Origin: an uncultured delta proteobacterium
Lineage (GTDB): Bacteria > Desulfobacterota > Desulfuromonadia > Desulfuromonadales > BM103
Length of the DNA: 64,000 nt
NCBI GenBank assembly: GCA_963715335.1
Contig: CAVQRZ010000030.1
Coordinates: forward strand, 1-64,000
Reading direction: 5' to 3'
In this document: one piece after another, positions 17,402 to 27,068 of the stretch
Numbering within the stretch: the stretch's first letter is position 1
Layout of the letters: each line of letters begins with the position of its first letter
The notes under the pieces: generated by a model
The model's database searches: none
What the model was told of the DNA's origin: nothing
The model's input: only the letters and a program-made list of their open reading frames with translations
Position numbers and translations under genes: made by a program

Positions 17402-19648
17402 ATGTTCAACCAGGAAGTGCAAATAACTTTTTCCCTTGCCGTAAGAGAGGCCCAGCGCCGGCATCACGAGTTCCTGACCACGGAACACGTGCTCTATGCC
17501 ATGCTCTTTGACGACCAGGGGTGCGAGATACTCAAGGCGTGCGGCGGTGACGTAACCAGCTTGCGTGCAGACCTGGAGCTTTTCTTTGAGCAACACCTCG
17601 AATCGCTCGAGCGGCTCGAGGGAGATATGCCGGAGCAGACCGTCGGTTTGCAGAATGTGTTGCAACGAACGGTAACGCATATGCAGTCTTCAGGTCGCGA
17701 CGAGATCGGCGTCGGTGACATCCTTGCCGCCATCATGGAGCAGGAAGACTGCCTCGCTGCGCAGATTCTGCTGAGCGAAGGGCTGTCCCGTCTCGATGTG
17801 CTCAATTATGTCTCCCACGGGATTACCCGGGTGCCGATGCAGGATGACGTTTCAGGACAGCCGGAGCCTGACGAACAGTCCAGGCAAGCGCCGGGGGAGA
17901 AGAAGACCAAGAAGATCAATCCTCTCGAAGCCTTTACGATCAACCTGCTCGAACGGGCGGCCAAGGGCAAGATCGACCCCCTGGTCGGCCGGCAGGCCGA
18001 ACTGGAGAGGACCATCCAGATTCTCTGTCGCCGGCGCAAGAACAATCCGGTGCTGGTCGGTGAGCCAGGCGTTGGCAAGACGGCCATCGCCGAAGGATTG
18101 GCCTTGCGGATTCTCGACCAGGCTGTCCCGGAGCTTTTGCAGGACGCTGAACTCTTCGCCCTGGATATGGGGGCGCTGCTGGCCGGGACCAAGTATCGCG
18201 GCGACTTCGAAGAACGCCTCAAGGCCGTGGTCCAGGCCCTGTCAAAGCGCCCCCGGGCCATTCTCTGCATAGACGAGATTCATACGATTGTGGGCGCCGG
18301 TGCGACCAGCGGCAGTTCACTGGATGCCGCCAATATCCTCAAGCCGGTGCTCGGTACCGGGGAACTCCGCTGCATCGGCTCAACGACTTACGAGGAATAC
18401 AAAAACCTCTTCGAAAAGGACCGTGCCCTGTCACGGCGCTTCCAGAAGATCGATGTCATGGAGCCGAGCGTCGAGGAAACCGTCGAGATCCTCGAAGGGC
18501 TCAAACGCTATTACGAAGAGCACCATGGCGTGAAGTACACTGCTGCGGCACTCGAAGCCGCTGCCAGTCTTTCTGCGCGGCATGTCAATTTCCGCCGCCT
18601 GCCTGACAAGGCGATCGATGTTATCGACGAGGCCGGTGCCAGGCTCAGGCTCTATCCGCGCAAGCGCCCGACCATCGGTGTCACGGATGTCGAAGCGGTG
18701 ATCGCCAGCATGGCCCGCATCCCGGCACGCAAACTGGCCCACACCGATCGTCGCAAGTTGAAAGAGCTTGACAAGTCCCTCAAGCGCCAGATCTATGGTC
18801 AGGACCAGGCTGTCGAGCAACTCTGCCAGGCGATCCGCCGGGCCCGCGCCGGATTGGGCCAGCCGGAAAAGCCGACCGGGTCGTTCCTCTTTACCGGGCC
18901 GACCGGGGTCGGCAAAACCGAGGTTGCCAAACAGCTTGCAGCGCAGATGGGTGTTGAGTTCCTGCGGTTCGATATGAGCGAATACATGGAGAAGCATGCC
19001 GTGTCCCGCCTGATCGGATCCCCTCCCGGCTATGTCGGTTTCGAGCAGGGCGGTCTATTGACCGATGCCGTAATCCGTAATCCATATGCGGTGCTGCTGC
19101 TCGACGAGATCGAAAAGGCCCACCAGGACATCTTCAACATTTTACTGCAGGTCATGGACCATGGCAGCCTGACTGACAACAATGGCCGTCAGGCCAATTT
19201 CCACAACGTGATCCTGATCATGACCAGTAATGTCGGGGCTCGGGAGATGAGCAGCGCACCGATCGGCTTCGGTGGCCGCCTGCCTGGAGAAGCCCGCCAG
19301 GCGGTCGAAAAGACCTTCTCGCCCGAATTCCGCAATCGGCTTGATGCAATTATCGCCTTCCGTGCCCTCGACGAAGACATCATGACCCGCGTCGTGGATA
19401 AATTTATCCGGCAGTTGCAGACGTCATTGTCGGACCGCAAGGTCGTCCTGACTCTGACCGACGGTGCCCGGCGCGACCTGGCGCGGCGCGGGTATGATCA
19501 GGTCTTCGGCGCCCGCCCGCTGGGTCGCCTGATCGAAAGCGAAATCGGCAACCTGCTGGCCGACGAAATCCTCTTTGGCTGCCTGGCCGGTGGTGGCAGG
19601 GTCCGCATAGGTTTCAAATCAGGCAAACTTGATTTCAAGTTTTCCTAG
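17402..19648 (+). CDS. clpA: ATP-dependent Clp protease ATP-binding subunit ClpA
   Basis: HEFLTTEH N-domain, two AAA modules (GEPGVGKT, GPTGVGKT), IGF loop; follows clpS. Confidence 0.96.
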   Translation: MFNQEVQITFSLAVREAQRRHHEFLTTEHVLYAMLFDDQGCEILKACGGDVTSLRADLELFFEQHLESLERLEGDMPEQTVGLQNVLQRTVTHMQSSGRDEIGVGDILAAIMEQEDCLAAQILLSEGLSRLDVLNYVSHGITRVPMQDDVSGQPEPDEQSRQAPGEKKTKKINPLEAFTINLLERAAKGKIDPLVGRQAELERTIQILCRRRKNNPVLVGEPGVGKTAIAEGLALRILDQAVPELLQDAELFALDMGALLAGTKYRGDFEERLKAVVQALSKRPRAILCIDEIHTIVGAGATSGSSLDAANILKPVLGTGELRCIGSTTYEEYKNLFEKDRALSRRFQKIDVMEPSVEETVEILEGLKRYYEEHHGVKYTAAALEAAASLSARHVNFRRLPDKAIDVIDEAGARLRLYPRKRPTIGVTDVEAVIASMARIPARKLAHTDRRKLKELDKSLKRQIYGQDQAVEQLCQAIRRARAGLGQPEKPTGSFLFTGPTGVGKTEVAKQLAAQMGVEFLRFDMSEYMEKHAVSRLIGSPPGYVGFEQGGLLTDAVIRNPYAVLLLDEIEKAHQDIFNILLQVMDHGSLTDNNGRQANFHNVILIMTSNVGAREMSSAPIGFGGRLPGEARQAVEKTFSPEFRNRLDAIIAFRALDEDIMTRVVDKFIRQLQTSLSDRKVVLTLTDGARRDLARRGYDQVFGARPLGRLIESEIGNLLADEILFGCLAGGGRVRIGFKSGKLDFKFS

Positions 19649-19737
19649 TTGCCAGTCACTGGGGGCTGGGGCCAATTTGTTTTGTGCCATAATTACTCGC
19701 CAAACCCCAGCCTCCAGCCCCCGACCACCGGTGTCCC

Positions 19738-20432
19738 ATGCCCGTCTTCCGCCTCGCCGATGAAATAATTTTCCCTGACCCGAGGTGGGCGACACGGAAG
19801 GCTTGCTGGCCATTGGCGGCAATCTTTCTCCCGAACGCCTCGTCCTGGCCTATCGGCTCGGCATCTTTCCCTGGTATGGCGAAGGTGAGCCGATCCTTTG
19901 GTGGTCACCCGATCCGCGTTGCGTGCTCTTCCCGCAAGAAATATATGTCTCGCGCCGTCTCGCCAGGGTTATCAGGCAGCGCCGCTTCCATCTGACTTGC
20001 AACCAGGCCTTTGCCGGGGTTGTAAATGCCTGTGCCGATGTTCGTGTTCAGAACGGCGAAGAGACCTGGCTGACAGCCGAAATGCGGGAGGCCTTTCAAA
20101 AATTGCACGAGCTTGGCTTTGCTCATTCCGTGGAAGCCTGGGAAGATGGCGAACTGGTCGGCGGTCTTTACGGTGTTGCCATGGGTAAGTTTTTTTTCGG
20201 TGAGTCGATGTTCCATCACCAAACGAATGCCTCAAAGGTGATCCTCGCGCAACTGCTCCGCTATCTGGGCAGAGAGGGCTTCCTCCTGTTGGACTGCCAG
20301 GTCCCCAATCCGCATCTGACCAGCATGGGTGCTCGCGGGATTCCTCGACATGATTTTCTTGAACTCCTGGCCGGAGGAGGGCTGGGACCTGACGGAAGGG
20401 CGGAAAAGGTTTTGATGCCGGAGGTTTTATAG
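19738..20432 (+). pseudogene. aat: Leucyl/phenylalanyl-tRNA--protein transferase with a 1-nt frameshift near 19790 (pseudogene or sequence error)
   Basis: MPVFRLADEIIFPDPRW (19738 frame) continues as DTEGLLAIGGNLSPERL...GIFPW...WWSPDPR...GESMF in another frame; one base missing at tgg gc|gac. Confidence 0.85.
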
Positions 20433-20486
20433 AAAAAACGGGGGGGCATCGGTTGCCCTTTGCTATTGTCCTTTGCAATTCAAAGA

Positions 20487-20910
20487 TAAAAGCAAAACCC
20501 GGGGGTCGCGCCCCCCGACTGCGCCTTACTCTTTTGCTGGCCCAAAAGAGTAAGAGAAAAGGGCCTGCGCTGCGCTGGGCATGTCTGGTTCGGCAGGGCG
20601 GCAACATCAATGCAGGACGTTCTGAACGATCAAAAGCCTACGCTTCCCCCGCAGGAACCGAGGCTCTTGAGAGCCTCTCCTGCTGTGGAAGCTTGCGTCG
20701 GTCGAGGTTGTTTTGGCTTCTCCCATGTAAATGACACGGCAAGGTCAGGCCCTTTGACACAGGGCCGGATCCCCATCACAGCCACTCCTCGAAGTCACAG
20801 AAACCCGGCAGAGGAGATGCCCTCCGCAAGGAGAAGGCACTTTTGCATACTTTTGTTGCCGGACAAAAGTATGGCGTCGGGCGGGACGCGACCCGCCGGT
20901 TTTGCTTTTA
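20487..20910. mobile_element. MITE-like element (424 bp) with long imperfect terminal inverted repeats
   Basis: perfect 13-bp TIR taaaagcaaaacc / ggttttgctttta extending imperfectly about 75 bp inward; TA at both outer ends; hairpin-rich interior; no credible ORF. Confidence 0.7.
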
Positions 20911-20924
20911 GGCATTTCAAGAAA

Positions 20925-21027
20925 AGAAAAGGGCAACAGATGAACCATCTGTTGCCCTAAGCTTCATAGAAACTCCACCTCACAGCTAAAAAACCCCGCA
21001 TCACGTGCGGGGTTTGTCGACAATCCG
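20925..21027. repeat. Dispersed ~100-bp two-hairpin repeat, copy 1 (IS-end-like)
   Basis: gggcaacagatgaaccatctgttgccc...ccccgcatcacgtgcggggtttgtcgacaatc matches the reverse complement of 60413-60520. Confidence 0.85.
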
Positions 21028-21351
21028 AAGCACCTCCGCGAAAGGGGTGCTTTTTAACTTGGTATGGCGTGGAGATCTTTTTGGTTCCGTTCGAAATGAC
21101 GCAAGTGACCGCCGCCCGGCGGGTGCCGGCGCTCGGTCATCGCCCAATATTGTTACCGGCACTGCGTCACATCACTATGTTCATCGGTATGGATTCGCAA
21201 CGCCAATGGCGGCGCGGTCATCTAACCTGCAGAATTACAGGGACATTTTCACTAATTAACGGCAAATCTAAAAATATGGAGCTCCCTTTGCAAAAACACC
21301 TTGGATCGAGCCTTTTTAATCTCATGAACCTATCGGCTCAAGGAGGCCTTT

Positions 21352-22773
21352 ATGTCACTGCTTGCCATGATCGAGAGCAATCCGCTCACCACGTATCCGA
21401 TCCTGTTAATCCTGCTGCTGGTCCTGCTCTACCTGGCCCGCCATCAGGCCCACCACATGGTCCGTTCGTTCACCCGCATTGCCTCGCAGGCACTGCGTCT
21501 GGCAGCCAGATCCCTTCTGCTTGCCGAGAGCAAGCTGCAGAGGCGCAATCGTGAAGTTCTCCTCGCCGCCGGTGCTGGCGAAATAGAGAAGGAACTGGAG
21601 CGGGAATTCCAGCGCGTCGATGCCGTAGTCAAGCGTGATCTGCAAAGCTATCCCGCTTTTCATCGCAACATGTCCGATCTGATCGCCCGTATTGATGAGG
21701 ACTACCGGCAAAGCACGGAGGCCCCGCCATCGCCACCGGCCTGGATTTCAGCCATTGAAGCGGTCGCCAAGGTGCCGAACAGTGATGGCGGGGTTGTCGA
21801 GATTCTCGGGGAAATCAACAAGACCCTCGACCGTCACCACAAGTCGGCCATGGATGATTACCGCAAGTCGAGCCAGCAGCGCCACGGCCTGCTCAACAAG
21901 ATGATGCCGGTCTGGCGCAAACTGAGCGAGACCCTGGAGCATGTCGGCAAGACCATCAACGGCCTGCATGAACGCTCGGAACTGATTACCGCCAAAATGG
22001 ATGAGTACGAAAAGATCCGCATCGGCGCGGACGAAGCAGAGCGCCGTCTCTCTTCATCTTCCCTGACCCAGTTTTTCATCTCCGGCCTGGTCATGGCGAT
22101 TGCCATCGGCGGAGCCATCATCAACTTCAACCTGATTGCCTTGCCGATGTCTGAAATGGTCGGTGGCGGCAGCTACATCGGCAGCTTCAAAATTTCCGAT
22201 GTTGCCGCTCTGGTCATCATCCTGGTCGAAATCACCATGGGCTTGTTCCTGATGGAATCGCTGCGCATCACCCATCTCTTCCCGGTTATCGGCCAACTCG
22301 ATGACCGGATGCGGCGGAAGATGATCTGGATTTCATTTGCTTTGCTGTTTACCCTGGCTGGCGTCGAATCGGCGCTTGCCTTCATGCGCGACCAAATTGC
22401 TACCGATCTGCAGGCGTTGCGGCAAACATTGTCCGGAGTCGAGATTGCAGCGGGTCAGGTCTCGAGCATGATCCCGACCGTCGGCCAGATGATTCTCGGC
22501 TTTGTCCTCCCGTTCGCCCTGACCTTTGTCGCCATCCCTCTGGAATCGTTTGTCCACTCGTCACGCACGGCGATCGGTCTGTCTCTCGGCTTTCTGTTGC
22601 GTATCGGGGCATTCCTGCTGCGCCTGATCGGCAACCTTATCAATCATCTCGGCAAAGCCATTATTTCCTTGTACGACCTCGCCATATTCCCGGCGATCTG
22701 GATCGAGGAAAAACTCAGGAAGTCGCCGGTGGCAGCAAAATCCGAAACATTGCCCAAGGAGGTTCATCCATGA
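21352..22773 (+). CDS. Uncharacterised multi-pass membrane protein with large helical/coiled-coil region (473 aa)
   Basis: AAGGAGG RBS; 1 N-terminal TM, ~200-aa helical soluble region, several C-terminal TM segments; overlaps the next gene (ATGA). Confidence 0.85.
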   Translation: MSLLAMIESNPLTTYPILLILLLVLLYLARHQAHHMVRSFTRIASQALRLAARSLLLAESKLQRRNREVLLAAGAGEIEKELEREFQRVDAVVKRDLQSYPAFHRNMSDLIARIDEDYRQSTEAPPSPPAWISAIEAVAKVPNSDGGVVEILGEINKTLDRHHKSAMDDYRKSSQQRHGLLNKMMPVWRKLSETLEHVGKTINGLHERSELITAKMDEYEKIRIGADEAERRLSSSSLTQFFISGLVMAIAIGGAIINFNLIALPMSEMVGGGSYIGSFKISDVAALVIILVEITMGLFLMESLRITHLFPVIGQLDDRMRRKMIWISFALLFTLAGVESALAFMRDQIATDLQALRQTLSGVEIAAGQVSSMIPTVGQMILGFVLPFALTFVAIPLESFVHSSRTAIGLSLGFLLRIGAFLLRLIGNLINHLGKAIISLYDLAIFPAIWIEEKLRKSPVAAKSETLPKEVHP

Positions 22774-23414
22774 AGAGCCTCGCCTGTTTCCTGACCGGAT
22801 TGCTCCTGCTCGCGGGCGGCTGCTCTGACACCACGAGCCATTCGAAAGCAGTCTACATGCTGCTCGACACTTCCGGGACCTACACCCGTGAACTAGACAA
22901 GGCGGCCGCAATCGTCAGCTACCTGCTCGGCACTTTGCAGCCGGGTGATTCGTTGGCTGTCGCCAGGATCGATACCGGCAGTTTCAGTGAGAAGGATATC
23001 GTCCAGAAAATGACCTTCGATGGCCGCCCGTCGGTCTCAACCCAGCAAAAAAGGGTGTTCAAACAGAACATCGACACCTTCGTCAAGGAGGCCAAGGGGG
23101 CTGCTTACACCGACATTACCGGTGGTATTCTGCAAGCCGCCGAGTTTCTCGACGAGACCGGCTCCGGCCGCAAGGTGATCCTGATCTTCTCCGATATGGA
23201 GGAGGAGCTCGCCGAGGGATATGAACGGAACATTCCCCTGCCGCTCGAAGGGATCGAGGTGGTCGCTCTGAACGTCACCAAGCTGCGCGGCGACATCATG
23301 GACCCACGCAAGTACATGGGGCGCCTGGAAGACTGGAAAAAAAAGGTCGAGCAGGGCCAAGGACAATGGCGGGTGATCAATGATCTGGAACGCCTGGAAC
23401 GGATTCTGGAATAA
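22770..23414 (+). CDS. vWA-domain lipoprotein
   Basis: lipobox-like LLLAGGC; MIDAS-like LLDTSGT ... TDITG ... IFSD. Confidence 0.85.
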   Translation: MKSLACFLTGLLLLAGGCSDTTSHSKAVYMLLDTSGTYTRELDKAAAIVSYLLGTLQPGDSLAVARIDTGSFSEKDIVQKMTFDGRPSVSTQQKRVFKQNIDTFVKEAKGAAYTDITGGILQAAEFLDETGSGRKVILIFSDMEEELAEGYERNIPLPLEGIEVVALNVTKLRGDIMDPRKYMGRLEDWKKKVEQGQGQWRVINDLERLERILE

Positions 23415-23438
23415 ATCTGATTGACCAACATGTCGCAG

Positions 23439-23470
23439 AAAAGGCCCGAAGCGATCGCTCCGGGCCTTTT
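23439..23470. terminator. Bidirectional intrinsic terminator
   Basis: aaaaggcccg-aagcgatcgctc-cgggcctttt between the convergent vWA gene and rpsU. Confidence 0.85.
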
Positions 23471-23496
23471 CTTACTAGTGATTGTTAAAGCGAGGA

Positions 23497-23697
23497 TTAG
23501 TCTTTGCGCATCAAGCGCATCTTCTTACGCAGGCGCCGTTGGGCTTCTTTCTCTTTACGCTTGCGCTTGACGCTGGGCTTTTCGTAGAACTTGCGCTGCT
23601 TCATTTCCCGGAAGAGCCCTTCCTGCTGCAACTTGCGCTTGAGAACCCGGATGGCTTTTTCGACATTGTTGTCGACCACATGGATCTCCACCTGCAA
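23497..23697 (-). CDS. rpsU: 30S ribosomal protein S21
   Basis: [33 protein letters not shown]. Confidence 0.95.
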   Translation of the reverse strand: MQVEIHVVDNNVEKAIRVLKRKLQQEGLFREMKQRKFYEKPSVKRKRKEKEAQRRLRKKMRLMRKD

Positions 23698-23797
23698 TCA
23701 CCTCGCTTTCCTAAACAAATAATTCCCCTGAGGGGAATGAGTGCGGACTATAACGGATTTTTTTTTACAGTGCAAGCGGGAATCTGCAAAAAAGCCG

Positions 23798-24919
23798 TCA
23801 TCTCGCCGATCCGGCAGCGTAGAGGCCAACCGACAGGCCGCCATTGTCGAGTTCGGCGAGCTGTTTGAAAGGTAAACCGGTTGCCTTGATCAACGTCGGG
23901 TCGGGGCAAAGCATCGCTATTCGCCACCCCTGGTAAACACGGCCGAGGTGGTCACCGATTTCCCGATAGCAGGCTTTCGGATCGTCATCGAGTGGTAGCC
24001 GCTTGCCGTAGGGCGGGTTGCAGACGACCAGCCCTTGGCCGTCGTGAATCGGCTGGTTGGCGAGTGAGAGCCGGGTGACGCTGACCAGGCCGGAGTCGCC
24101 GCTTCGTTGGCAGTTGTCCCGCGCGATTGCAACCGCATCGGCATCGGTGTCGTATCCGCTGATGGACCCTTCGCAGTCAACCTGCCCGCGTTGTGCCTCA
24201 TCGCAAAGGAGCGTCCACAAACCCTGACGGTAGCCGGGCCATGCCATGAAGGCAAACGGACGATGGAGGCCGGGGGCTTGCCGTCGCGCAAGCAAAGCCG
24301 CCTCGAGGAGAAAGCTTCCCGAACCGCACATCGGATCGACCAGGGGGTCGTGCCCTTGCCAACCAAGCAGCATAAGGATCCCGGCTGCCAGGGTCTCGCG
24401 TAGCGGCGCCGCAGTCACAGCTTTGCGGTAGCCACGACGGTGGAGCAGTTCACCGGAACTGTCGATCGAAATGGTCACGACATCGTCAACGATTCTGACC
24501 ATAATCAGCTGTGGATTTTTCCCGACCGGGGTGGTCGAGCGGCCGAGGGCCTGGTTGAGTGCCGATTCGAGGGTCTCTGCAACCCGCGTGGTGTGGTTGA
24601 GTCGCGAGCCATGACAGGTTATGCGGAAAGCAACCGGAGTTTCCGGGCGGATGAAGCGTCCCCAGGGCAGCCGTTGCGCCTTGCGATACAGGTCGGGGAA
24701 ATCTCGGCTGCGACATTCAGCGAACCGGACCAGGATTCGAGAGGCAGTCCTCAACCACAGGTTGGCAAGGTATAGTTCACGCAGTCGGCCGGCACAGGCG
24801 ATCCCTCCCGTATCGATTTTCAGGGGAGGCATGTCGATGGCGGTCAGTTCTGCAGCACAGGTTTTTTCCAGTCCAGGCGAGACAACAATATAAAAATTTT
24901 CGATGCGGCGATGGTCCAT
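23798..24919 (-). CDS. THUMP-domain class I SAM-dependent RNA methyltransferase (RlmL/YpsC-like)
   Basis: NLWLRTASRIL, DSSGELLHRRGYR, APLRETLAAG, DPMCGSGS, NPPYG. Confidence 0.9.
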   Translation of the reverse strand: MDHRRIENFYIVVSPGLEKTCAAELTAIDMPPLKIDTGGIACAGRLRELYLANLWLRTASRILVRFAECRSRDFPDLYRKAQRLPWGRFIRPETPVAFRITCHGSRLNHTTRVAETLESALNQALGRSTTPVGKNPQLIMVRIVDDVVTISIDSSGELLHRRGYRKAVTAAPLRETLAAGILMLLGWQGHDPLVDPMCGSGSFLLEAALLARRQAPGLHRPFAFMAWPGYRQGLWTLLCDEAQRGQVDCEGSISGYDTDADAVAIARDNCQRSGDSGLVSVTRLSLANQPIHDGQGLVVCNPPYGKRLPLDDDPKACYREIGDHLGRVYQGWRIAMLCPDPTLIKATGLPFKQLAELDNGGLSVGLYAAGSAR

Positions 24920-25057
24920 GAGTTGTTTCGATCGTCTTTCTGAAAGTGATGGCTCAGTATTTGCCGTAAACAACACCCGGGTCAGGGGATGAATTGAAAA
25001 GGGTTGGCCTGGTCGAAAACGGCTAATGGTGGCCAACTTTGCTGATGGCGGCCAATC

Positions 25058-25408
25058 ATGACACGGCGCCGGGTGTTTTTCACCGTTTTACTTTTGCTGG
25101 CCCGGCATTCCATTCTTTACGGGCGATGGATCAAGGGCAAAGTTTACCTGCAAACTGACTCGGTAGGCAAGGTAGAGTTCGGTCACTAGGCAGATATGGA
25201 GATCGAATCGATCGGCTCAGCTTCTCACGATGCCCATCCTGGCATGTTCGGTTGTTACGAGGGTCATCCTGACGCATTCATGCCGAAACGCGGTGCAAAC
25301 CTGGCGAACATGGAGGATATGGAAAGTGGAGAATCCTGCGGTGCATGTCATGATGGTTCGACGGCTTTCGGCGTGACCGAGGATTGTGAGGCTTGTCACA
25401 AGATCTAA
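25058..25408 (+). pseudogene. Degraded c7-type multiheme cytochrome gene
   Basis: signal-like N-terminus, GKVEFGH then in-frame TAG at 25187-25189; downstream degenerate CYEGH plus intact CGACH and CEACH. Confidence 0.7.
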
Positions 25409-25476
25409 CTGAAAGCTGTCCTAGATGGAAATTCTCAGCCTTCGGACCGTCTTGCTTAGATTCCAGAATTTACGAT

Positions 25477-25516
25477 AAAACGATACGGCGCCTGCCACGA
25501 GCGCCGTATCGTTTTT
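25477..25516. terminator. Intrinsic terminator hairpin
   Basis: aaaacgatacggcgc-ctgccacga-gcgccgtatcgttttt. Confidence 0.8.
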
Positions 25517-25748
25517 AAAGTGAACGTAATGAAGAAGATGTGTTGATTATAGTCAGGCCGGGGCATTTGTCAAACACTGTTTTATAAATATTGAAATACT
25601 ACCAAAATATTATGAGTCCTGACAATCGGAGGCCAGTTTAATCCAAGGCATTAAGACCAAAGTAGAGACAGGTGTCCTTGCTTGTTTGTCAGGGTTAGTA
25701 AGAGCTTCGTATCTCAGCCAATCCCATGCCGGAGAATTTATAAGCAAG

Positions 25749-25840
25749 ACGAGAGCGACCCCGGGAAGGTCGCTCTCGTGTAAACACTGGTCGGAAGGAC
25801 TGGATTCAAACCAGCGCCCCCTGCTCCGGAAGTGGCTGGA
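25749..25840 (-). repeat. Degenerate tRNA-Pro 3' fragment plus hairpin (att-like repeat), copy 1
   Basis: minus strand of 25788-25832 reads cttccggagcagggggcgctggtttgaatccagtccttccgacca (anticodon arm to CCA, T-loop mutated), followed by hairpin 25749-25779. Confidence 0.75.
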
Positions 25841-25857
25841 GGAGGCGTTACTTCTCG

Positions 25858-26294
25858 TCAGTTGAACAGGTTCTCGGTAAGAGGGCGATCAATGCCTTCC
25901 CAAATATAAACGCCGTGTTCAGTGTCTCTGGTGTCCCAGTACACCTCAATGCCGTTGCCGTCTGGGTCGTTAAAATAAAGAGCCCAACTGATCCGATGGT
26001 CTACGGGATAGACTGTCAGGCCATCTTTTCTGAGTTTCTTATATGTTTCAGCCAGTGCCTTGCTTGTCCGGCACTTCATAGGCGACGTGGTATAAGCCGA
26101 CATCGTGCCGTTTCGGAATGGACGCATTGCTCCCAACTTCCTGCAGGGCTAGTTCGTGATGCATATCACCGGCAGACATGAAAACAAACGTAGTCTGCCA
26201 GTTGCTCAGTGACCTGCATGTCGAGATACCTTTGGTAAAAATCGATCGACTTTTTCAAGTTGCGAATTTTTAGATGAACATGACCGATTCTCAT
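25858..26294 (-). pseudogene. VOC/glyoxalase (catechol dioxygenase-like) gene with two +1 frameshifts
   Basis: MRIGHVHLKIRNLKKSIDFY...(shift)FMSAGDMHHELAL...VGLYHVAYEVPDK(shift)ALAETY...YFNDPDGNGIEVY; span is 3n+2. Confidence 0.8.
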
Positions 26295-26341
26295 AACAAT
26301 CCCTTAACCCTTTCTCCATAGATTCTCTTTAGTGCAGACGA

Positions 26342-26924
26342 CTATTTGCGCACACCTTGTACCTCCAGGTTGATTGTCACTTCATCGCCGACGACAAAGC
26401 CGCCGGTTTCCAAAGCCTTGTTCCAGCTAAGGCCATAATCATGGCGATTGATAACAGTGCTCGCAGAAAAGCCGGCACGTAGATTACCCCAGGGGTCATT
26501 ATTTTCCCCACGGAAGCTGCCTTTCAGAACCACCTCTTTGGTCGTCCCGCGAATCGTCAAATCGCCATAGACAGTTATGTCTTTGTCTTGCCCTTCGACT
26601 TTTTTACTGACGAAGGTCATGTTCGGGTGGTTTGCCGCATCGAAAAAATCTGCGCTGCGCAAATGCTCATCACGCTTGGGTTCGCGGGTATCCATTGACG
26701 CAATCTTTATCACTGCTTTGGTTGATTTGAGCGACTTTGTTGCAGGGTCTGCTTCAATCTCTCCCTGGTAATCGTTGAAAGATCCGCTGACTTTGAACAC
26801 CACGAGATGGTCAACGGTGAACGATATTTGGGAATGAACCGGGTCAATCTGGTAGACAGCGGCAAGAGCAAGCTGCGCGGAAAAGATAAACAGGGTCGAT
26901 GAGTATGGCTATTTTGTTAATCAT
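26342..26924 (-). pseudogene. yceI: YceI family protein with a frameshift in the signal peptide (~26897)
   Basis: AAGGAG RBS + MINKIAILI(shift)TLFIFSAQLALAAVYQIDPVHSQISF...RDEHLRSADFFD...GDLTIRG. Confidence 0.85.
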
Positions 26925-27068
26925 GGGAATCTCCTTAAGCGAAAATTTAATTTGATGAATTGTTGATTGCTGAATGAAAACTATCACGGTAATATATAAA
27001 TTAATAATATTAATAAATGATAAAGTTAATAGTATAAATCAATCATATCCGCCGCTAATGAGGTATCT

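Noticed and set aside
19972..21259. ORFs spanning the repeat region (19972-20610, 20453-20734, 20610-20960, 21005-21259)
   Set aside because: They overlap aat or the MITE-like elements, with no RBS and no transposase motifs
25187..25189. Pyrrolysine/amber read-through in the cytochrome ORF (and at 49185-49187)
   Set aside because: Other lesions in the same gene indicate decay; many genes here use TAG as a normal stop; no pyl genes in view
25788..25832. Functional tRNA-Pro gene
   Set aside because: Only the 3' half is present, the T-loop is mutated (GGTTTGAA) and there is no D-arm or 5' acceptor strand
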